NCBI GenBank assembly: GCA_963731705.1
Contig: CAVSWQ010000045.1
Location: 981-64,980 of the forward strand
Direction of reading: 5' to 3'
DNA length: 64,000 nt
Origin: an uncultured Acidobacteriota bacterium
Lineage (GTDB): Bacteria > Acidobacteriota > Terriglobia > UBA7540
The notes under the pieces are model-generated. The model was given only the letters and a program-made list of their open reading frames with translations, was not told the origin of the DNA and searched no databases. Below are positions 57,148 through 64,000 of this stretch, piece by piece; the stretch's first letter is position 1; every line of letters starts with the position of its first letter. The position numbers and the translations under genes are program-made.

Positions 57148-59299
57148 TCACGTTTCGGAGTTCCTGACGGCGCCCTTTGATTTCGCCACAAAGTAGAGCA
57201 GCGCAGCAAGGGCTGTAAAGATCACCAGTGCAGCAAGGTCGCTCTGAGCGAAACCGGGGAACCAGCGCATGCCCAGGGCAAACGCCTGTTCCTTCTTGAA
57301 CCCGACCACCGTGGCCAGCGCCAGGCCGCCCAGCGATCCGCCGGCAATCAGTCCCGAACTGAACAGGGCTCCGCTGCCGGTTTCGGATTCCGCAGCCTCT
57401 TCTTCCTTGCGCTTGCCGCGGTCCACCATCCATTTGACCACGCCGCCCGCAAAGATGGGGGCGGTGGTTGAAATCGGCAGGTAGAGGCCCACCGCGAAGG
57501 CCAGCGAATGGATGCCGCACAACTCCAGAACAATCACGGTGAAGGCGCCGAACAGCACCAGGGTCCACGGCAGCTTGCGGGTGAGAATGCCGTTGATCAC
57601 CACGCTCATCAGGGTCGCCTGCGGGGCGGGATAATCCGTCGAACCAATGCCCTCCACCTTCTGGTAATCGATCTCTTTGGTGGCGGGATCGTAAAAGTAA
57701 CGGCCGTCGGGAATTTTGGCCGATCCGATCACGCTGATCACTTCATACTTGTGCCCCTGGTAAGTGGTGGGACCCTGCGGCTTCATCGAGGCGGTGATGG
57801 AGACGTCGGAAATATGCATGGGCTTCACTTTGGTCGCACTGTTGTTCAGCAGTTGCATGGTGAGCCCCACCACAAAAACCGACGTCATCACGCCAATTGC
57901 ATAACCAAGTTCCTGCTTGCTGGGCGTGCCTCCCACGAGGAAGCCGGTTTTCAGGTCCTGCGTCGTAGCGCCCGCGCTGGCCCCGCCGATCGCAACCACT
58001 GCGCCGATGCTCAGAGCGATGGCGGAATACACGCCGCCCGTCCATCCCACCAGCAGGAAAATCAGGCAGGTTCCCATCAGCGTGGCGATGGTCATTCCGG
58101 AAACCGGGTTCGAGGAACTTCCGATCAAACCCACGATCCTTGCCGACACGGTGGCAAAGAAGAAACCGAACAGGACCATCAGCAAAGCCGAGACCAGGTT
58201 GCCGCTGGCTTTGGGGTTGATGTGGAACGCCAGCAGCGCCCACAGGAAACCCACCACCAGAACCGCGCCTCCGGCAATCACGGTCAGAGGAAGATCGCGG
58301 GCCGTGCGCTCCACCTTCAGGCCGGCAACCAGTTTGCTGTTCTTCAGCTGGTTGAAGGTGGATTTAAATGAACTGATAATGGTGGGCAACGTCCTGCCCA
58401 GCGTGATGATGCCCGCCGCGGTCACCGCCCCTGCGCCGATGTAGCGGATGTAGCTGCTCCAGATCTGCGTCTCGGTCATCTGCCCGATGGGAATCGTTCC
58501 GGGGTACATCACGTCCGGCACATGCGAGCCAAAGAACTGGATGATGGGAATCAGAACCAGCCAGGAGAGAACGCCGCCGGCAACCATGGTTCCCGCAACT
58601 TTCGTCCCGATGATGTATCCCACGCCCAGATATTCCGGGCGTGATTTCTCCCGCAAACGTCGAGCCGGGATACCAGGCCGGGTGCCACTCCGGCGTGGCC
58701 TTCCAGAAGAACAGGCCTCCCTGCTCGCCCATCAGGAATTTGTAAACGATCCCGAGTGCCGCGCCGCCGAAAACCTTGCCCGCCTGGATGCCGCCCTTTT
58801 CGCCGGTGATCAGGACGTCCGCGCAGGCCTTGCCTTCCGGGAACGTCAGGTTTCCGTGTTCCTTCACCACCAGCGCGTTGCGAAGCGGAACCACAAACAA
58901 AACGCCCAGCAGGCCGCCGGCCAGCGCCAGCGGAAAAATCCGCCAGTAATCGAGCGTGTAGCCAAGGAAAATCAGCGCCGGCAGCGTGAAGACAGTCCCG
59001 GCCGCAATCGATTCGCCCGCCGAGCCCACCGTCTGGACGATGTTGTTCTCAAGGATGGTCGAGTTCCCCAGCCACTTGAAGACCGTGATGGAGATGACCG
59101 CAACAGGAATGGAAGCGCTGACCGTCAGGCCGGCGCGCAGGGCCAGGTAAACGGAGACCGCGCCAAAAATGATGCCCAGGAAAGCGCCCAGGAGGATGGC
59201 GCGCGGAGTGAATTCCGGCAGGACAACGTCTGCCGGAACATAAGGCTTATAAGCGGCTGCTGCGTCCAGCTTCGACTGAGTTGTGGGTTCAGAAGCCAT
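57148..59299 (-). pseudogene. OPT family oligopeptide transporter, interrupted by a 1-nt insertion at a CCC run (58637-58639)
   Basis: ORF 58364..59299 (N-terminal half) and ORF 57148..58656 (C-terminal half) overlap. The junction gaa atc acg cCc gga ata would read [14 protein letters not shown] after removal of one C. The span is 2152 nt, i.e. 3n+1. Confidence 0.8.
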
Positions 59300-59360
59300 G
59301 CTTCCCGTTCTTTACAGCTCAGAAAGAATGTGCCTGAGGAAGGTCCTGGAGCGCCTCGTG

Positions 59361-59811
59361 CTATCCGCCCAGTTTGGCGCGAACCATCTGGCTTACCCGC
59401 TTGCCGTCAGCATTCTTGCCCGCCAGTTTCTGCATGGCCGCCTTCATCGCCTTGCCCAAATCCTGCGGCCCGGCCGCCCCGGTTTCCTCGATGGCAGCAG
59501 CTACGGCGGCGCCGATTTCTTCATCACTCGCCTCGGCCGGCAGGTAGGCCTGCAGAATTTCCGATTTCCGCTTCCTCTTTGGTGGCCAGGTCTTCGCGCC
59601 CGCCCTTGCGGAATTGCTCCACCGAATCCCGCCGCTGCTTCAGCAGTGTCCGCAGCACGGCAACGGCCTGATCATCGTTGAGCGGTTGGCCGAGTTCCAC
59701 CTGCTTGTTCTTGAGGGAAGTTTTGGCCATCCGCAGCACGGAGAGCTTGAGCTCTTCCCGCGACTTCATGGCCCCCACCAGGTCTTTTTCCACTTGTTCG
59801 ACAATCGTCAT
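59361..59811 (-). pseudogene. yqeY: GatB/YqeY domain protein, interrupted by a 1-nt insertion near 59561-59562
   Basis: The ORF ending at 59524 terminates prematurely. The next frame continues as EILQAYLPAEASDEEIGAAVAAAIEETGAAGPQDLGKAMKAAMQKLAGKNADGKRVSQMVRAKLGG to the stop at 59361-59363. Confidence 0.8.
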
Positions 59812-59880
59812 CGCAAAAACCCTTTTCCAGGAACTCCCGGCGAATATACCACAAACACCCGCCCTTTCGCGCCTGTTCGG

Positions 59881-61002
59881 CTATCGCTGCTCGATGGGAA
59901 CGTAGTTCAGGCCGGCGGGGCCAGTGTACTCGGCGAGCGGCCGGATCAGTTTGTTGTCGGCATACTGTTCCAGAACGTGGGCGGTCCAGCCGGAGATGCG
60001 GCTGACGGCAAAGATCAGCGTGTAGAGGTCCACCGGAATCCCCAGCACGTAATAGGAAGACGCCGAATAGAAATCGACATTAGCGTTGATGCCCTTTTCG
60101 CTCACCATCAGCTCTTCGATCCGCTGCGACATCTCAAACCATTTTGTCTGGCCGGTGCTGCGGCCCAGTTCTTCAGACATCTTTTGCAGGATGGTGGCGC
60201 GCGGGTCTCGGGTGCGATAGACGCGATGGCCAAAGCCCATCACTTTCTCCTTGCGGGCCAGCAGGCCGCGAACGTACTCCTCGGCCTTGTCCACGCTGCC
60301 GATCTCCAGCAGCATGCGCATCACGCGCTCGTTGGCGCCGCCGTGCAGGGGGCCTTTCAGCGCCCCGATGGCCGAGGTGATGGCGGAGTGCATGTCCGAC
60401 AGGGTTGAAGCGGTCACGCGGGCGGCAAACGTTGATGCGTTAAAGCTGTGGTCGGCGTGCAGAATGAGGGCGATGTCAAACCAGCGAGCGGCCTGCTCAC
60501 TGGGCTTTTCGCCGGTCAGCATGTAAAGGAAGTTTGCGGCGTGGCCCAGGCTTGGATCAGGAGCGACAGCCTCTTTACCGTCCCGGATGCGGGCGTAGGC
60601 GGCCACGAGGGTTCCCATCTGGGCGGTCAGCCGCACCGCCTTGCGCCGGTTCGCTTCCTCCGACATCTCTTCCGACTCCGGATCGTAAAGAGAAAGCGCG
60701 GAGATGGCCGTCCGCAGCGTTTCCATCGGATGCTGGGCGGGAGGCAGGCTCTTCAGCAGGTCAAGAATCTCTGGAGCGACGGCGCGGTTTTCCGCAAACT
60801 GCTTTTTGAGCTGGTCGAGTTCCTCGCGATTGGGCAGGCGGCCGTACCAGAGCAGATAAATCACTTCCTCAAAAGTGGAATTCGCGGCGAGGTCGCTGAT
60901 CTCGTAGCCTCGATAAATCAACCTACCCTGCTGCCCGTCGATCGAGCAGATTTCCGAAGTCGCAATCACAACATTCTGCAGTCCTGTTTTCACTTCCGCC
61001 AT
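59881..61002 (-). CDS. gltA: citrate synthase (about 373 aa type)
   Basis: Contains GLQNVVIATSEICSIDGQQGRLIYRGY, HADH and GFGHRVY motifs. Confidence 0.93.
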   Translation of the reverse strand: MAEVKTGLQNVVIATSEICSIDGQQGRLIYRGYEISDLAANSTFEEVIYLLWYGRLPNREELDQLKKQFAENRAVAPEILDLLKSLPPAQHPMETLRTAISALSLYDPESEEMSEEANRRKAVRLTAQMGTLVAAYARIRDGKEAVAPDPSLGHAANFLYMLTGEKPSEQAARWFDIALILHADHSFNASTFAARVTASTLSDMHSAITSAIGALKGPLHGGANERVMRMLLEIGSVDKAEEYVRGLLARKEKVMGFGHRVYRTRDPRATILQKMSEELGRSTGQTKWFEMSQRIEELMVSEKGINANVDFYSASSYYVLGIPVDLYTLIFAVSRISGWTAHVLEQYADNKLIRPLAEYTGPAGLNYVPIEQR

Positions 61003-61201
61003 CCGAACACTTCCTCACTTTCATTTGTAAGCTTGGGCCGCCCCTCGACAGGCTGGTGCGCAATCATCTTACAACGGCTGTTTAAAAACGCACAAGAACG
61101 CCGTCCCGGGCCCGGTAGTTGGTCCCCGCGCTCTTCTGATTGCAATCACCGTTCACGCCCGATATTCTGCTTATAAGCTGGCGTGATCGATTTGAGGTGC
61201 T

Positions 61202-62173
61202 ATGAACAGCGCGCATCTTCCTGTGGGAATGGTCCTGGTTGGCGTTACAGTCGGGTTCCTGGGTTTAAGGTATTTCAGCAGACCAAAGTCCGGTGCGTTC
61301 CGGCTGTGGGGCTGGGCCGGGCTCGTGCTGCTCGCGCTTTTTTGGACCTTGCTCGTTTTCCGCGTGGGCTGGGCTTCCACCTTTTTCACTCCCTTATGCT
61401 GGACGGCTTACCTGCTGCTGGCCGATGCGGCGGTCTGCAGCTTGAAAGGCTCTTCCCGGCTTTCCGATTCGCCGCGCGACTTCCTTCTGCTGGCGCTCGT
61501 GTCCATCCCGCTCTGGCTGATCTTTGAGGCCTACAACCTGCGGATGCAGAACTGGGCCTACGTGGGTCTTCCGGCCAATCCCATCCTGCGCAATTTCGGA
61601 TATGCGTGGTCATTCGCCACCATCTGGCCGGCCATCTTTGAAACGGCGGACCTGCTCAAAGCGCTGGATCTCTTCAGCCGGCCCATCCGCCCGCACGCGC
61701 CCTTCAGCCGAACCTGGCGAACGACGCTGATCGTGGTGGGCGCACTGTTTCTTGCCGTGCCTGTGCTGGTGCCGATGGACATCGGGCAATACCTTTTTGC
61801 GCCGGTCTGGGTGGGGTTCGTGCTTCTGCTGGACCCCGTGAACTATGCCTGGGGAGGCCATTCGCTCCTGCGCGACTGGGAAGACGGCGATTCGTCTCTC
61901 TTCTGGAACTTCATGGCCGCGGGTCTTGTGTGCGGCGTCTTCTGGGAGTTCTGGAACTACTGGGCCACGGCCCGTTGGCTCTACATCTTTCCCATCCTGC
62001 AGGGGTGGAAGATTTTCGAGATGCCGCTGCCCGGCTTTCTGGGATTTCCGGCGTTTGCGGTAGAATGCTTCGTCATGTTTGAATCGGTGAAGGTGCTCGC
62101 CGGAGGGATCTTCCGGGTGCGCACGGGCGATCAGGTTTCGCAGTCCTACACTTCCGCCGCAGAATCAAAATAG
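61202..62173 (+). CDS. hypothetical polytopic membrane protein with an internal duplication
   Basis: 323 aa with about 8 TM helices. The motif recurs as LWLIFEAYNLRMQNWAY and VFWEFWNYWATARWLY. No family was recognised. Confidence 0.6.
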   Translation: MNSAHLPVGMVLVGVTVGFLGLRYFSRPKSGAFRLWGWAGLVLLALFWTLLVFRVGWASTFFTPLCWTAYLLLADAAVCSLKGSSRLSDSPRDFLLLALVSIPLWLIFEAYNLRMQNWAYVGLPANPILRNFGYAWSFATIWPAIFETADLLKALDLFSRPIRPHAPFSRTWRTTLIVVGALFLAVPVLVPMDIGQYLFAPVWVGFVLLLDPVNYAWGGHSLLRDWEDGDSSLFWNFMAAGLVCGVFWEFWNYWATARWLYIFPILQGWKIFEMPLPGFLGFPAFAVECFVMFESVKVLAGGIFRVRTGDQVSQSYTSAAESK

Positions 62174-62177
62174 AGCC

Positions 62178-62510
62178 ATGAGCAAACGTCCACCTTTCGT
62201 TAAAGTCGCAAGCGTCGCCGATGTTCCCGCGGGCTCCGTCCGGCACATCGTCGTTCACGATAAACCCATGGCGCTTTGCAACGTGGACGGGCAATTCTAC
62301 GCGGTGAACGCTGTGTGCCCCCACATGGGCGGCCCTTTGGCCAGCGGCCGCCTGGAGGGCTGCGTAATCGCCTGCCCGTGGCATGGCTGGACGTTCGACG
62401 TGCGGACGGGCCTGCCCGACCATCCCGGCGGACACTCCACCTCCGCCTACGAGGTGCGCGTGGAAGGCCAGGACATCCTGGTCGGCTGGCTCAAGCGCCC
62501 CGGGCAGTGA
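62178..62510 (+). CDS. Rieske [2Fe-2S] domain protein (NirD/ferredoxin-like)
   Basis: 110 aa. Contains CPHMGGPL ... CPWHGWTF cluster ligands. Starts 4 nt after the upstream stop. Confidence 0.88.
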   Translation: MSKRPPFVKVASVADVPAGSVRHIVVHDKPMALCNVDGQFYAVNAVCPHMGGPLASGRLEGCVIACPWHGWTFDVRTGLPDHPGGHSTSAYEVRVEGQDILVGWLKRPGQ

Positions 62511-62584
62511 GGTTTTCCAATTTGTCTCCGAGCAGCATGTCAGCATGATGCAGCCAGGTGTGGCTTGCTGGAAGCAGCCGGTTT

Positions 62585-62660
62585 TTCTCTGTGCGCTCTG
62601 TGACTGAAACATCCTTAACACAGAGGTCACGGAGACCCTCTGTGTACTCTGTGTGAAAGA
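62585..62660. repeat. CTCTGTG/CACAGAG-rich intergenic element with a hairpin
   Basis: The sequence is ttctctgtgcgctctgtgac...cacagagg-tcacggagac-cctctgtg-tactctgtgtgaaag, with an 8-bp stem at about 62620-62645. Confidence 0.5.
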
Positions 62661-62753
62661 TTGCGGACCACAGAATCCTGGGTTGATTATATCTGCTCGA
62701 ACTGCGCAGCTTGAATTGTGCTTTGTGGCGTTTAGTTGAGTTTGTGAGGGAAG

Positions 62754-63753
62754 ATGGAACGCAAACTTCTTGCCGAAAAAACAACTCTGCTGGTGGTGTT
62801 CCTGGCCGCATGGGCCGGTGCCTCAGCCGCCCGTGCCACTCCGCGCCCGCAAACCTCCGAGCCCGAACAGATCAAGGTGGCGCAGCAGGGGCTCGACCTG
62901 CTGATGAACGGCAGACCCCAACGCCGCCATCAAAGTCTTCCGGAAAATCCAGACAGACGACCCGGATTCAGCGCTGGGCTATCTGATGGAAGCCGACGCC
63001 CTCTGGTGGAAGATCTATTTCGCCACCGGCAACCTTATTGATCCCGATGTGTTCGTCGTTCCCTCGAATTCCAAGAGTCCCTTCGACTCGCAATTCAACC
63101 AGCTTGTTGACCAGGCCATTGCCAAAGCGCGCGCCAACAGAAACGCAAAACGCGATGTTGCCAGGAATGCCCTCTACGAAGGAATGGCCTACGGGCTGAG
63201 GGGAAGGCTGGCCTCCATGCAGGGAAGCAACATGGCCGCCGCGCGCGCGGCAAAACAGATGCGCTCGTTGCTGATCGATGCCGTGCAGAAAGACCGCAAC
63301 CTGGCGGACGCCTATGCCGGCCTGGGACTTTACGACTACTTTGTGGATACCCTGCCCACCATCGTCAAGCTGCTGCGCTGGATGATCGGCCTGCCGGGCG
63401 GAAGCCGCGAGCGGGGAATTCAGGAGATCGAGTACGCGGCAAAGAACGGCCAATTGACCAACGCTGAAGCCCTCTACTACCTGGCCAAGGATTATTCCCG
63501 CACCAGTGAAAAGCAGTATGCCAAATCACTGGAACTCTTCCAGCAGTTGCGCAGCAAGTATCCCGGCAACGGCCTGTGGACGCTGATGGCGGGAAGCCTC
63601 AAAATCCGCATGGGCCATGTCGAAGAGGGTGAAGCCCTGTATCGCCAGGTCCTGAACCAGGAGCGCGGCAAGCAATCCGTCGCCGGCAAAGCTCTCTACA
63701 AAGCCGCACGAACCGCTCTGAAGAAGCGCCACCCAACCGAGAACGTCCAGTGA
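62754..63753 (+). pseudogene. secreted TPR-like protein, interrupted by a 1-nt insertion near 62911-62914
   Basis: ORF 62754..63041 (signal peptide, ..QQGLDLLMNG) continues in the +1 frame as DPNAAIKVFRKIQTDDPDSALGYLMEADALWWKIYF..., which is ORF 62986..63753. Confidence 0.7.
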
Positions 63754-63849
63754 TGTTTTTCTCCGCCTTGCGGTATGCTCTTCCGCCTATCTTTGCGCCT
63801 TGGCGCCTTTGCGTGAGATGCTTTTGGGGAATTGCGAGAACTCACTCAC

Positions 63850-64000
63850 CTATTGCTTCAACTGCGAATCGAGGGAAGAAGATTGTTCGTGGGCGTGGTA
63901 GGAACTGCGAACCAGCGGTCCCGATTCCACGTGCCGGATGCCGCGCCGCAGGCCCTCCTGCTTGAGGGTTGCAAATTCTTCCGGAGTGTAGAAACGCGCC
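63850..64000 (-). CDS. lipA: lipoyl synthase, 3' end (5' part outside the window)
   Basis: The minus-strand frame open to the window edge reads [39 protein letters not shown].., the conserved LipA C-terminus. The stop TAG is at 63850-63852. It is not in the ORF track because no Met lies inside the window. Confidence 0.8.
   Translation of the reverse strand, partial: ARFYTPEEFATLKQEGLRRGIRHVESGPLVRSSYHAHEQSSSLDSQLKQ

Overview
This is a 64-kb, high-GC (about 60% by eye) bacterial chromosomal segment made up mostly of core metabolism and housekeeping genes. The gene content and repeat style suggest an Acidobacteriota-like genome: paired VWFA-type secreted proteins, many TPR and Ig-like secreted proteins, and characteristic intergenic palindromic repeats. 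This is inference only, because no database search was possible. All product names come from motif recognition in the supplied translations and my own reading of the DNA.

Gene order:
- A translationally coupled histidine operon, hisI-hisG-(LOG)-hisD-hisC-hisB-hisH-hisF-hisA.
- A membrane-anchored glycoside-hydrolase-like protein.
- On the minus strand, alr, dnaB, rplI-rpsR-rpsF-pth-ctc-prs, tRNA-Gln and ispE.
- A large TPR protein, followed by an 0.8-kb unassigned gap.
- Accessory hydrolases flanked by REP-like repeats.
- gpmI and eno.
- A UvrD-type helicase fused to a Cas4/AddB-like nuclease, then rmuC.
- An unlisted 47-aa (KAKP)n basic protein.
- Two convergent VWA proteins.
- A decayed LPPGL-repeat gene.
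- An S41 peptidase, an 863-aa Ig-repeat lipoprotein and lexA.
- A cytochrome c, tandem GMC oxidoreductases and a Tat small subunit.
- A low-GC three-gene islet.
- pyk.
- A cobalamin riboswitch with a TonB-dependent receptor and a DUF6580-like protein.
- mazEF, a rhomboid protease, an OPT transporter, yqeY, citrate synthase, a membrane protein with a Rieske protein, a TPR-like protein and the 3' end of lipA.

The most novel-looking locus is the low-GC islet at 48.2-50.3 kb. It encodes a peptide with three perfectly conserved AIGPSPAPLPPR repeats plus a 7-TM and a 1-TM protein, none of which I can assign to a family.

A recurring technical or biological oddity is that seven otherwise conserved genes are each broken by single-base +1 insertions.

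No rRNA, CRISPR array, transposase or integrase was recognised.
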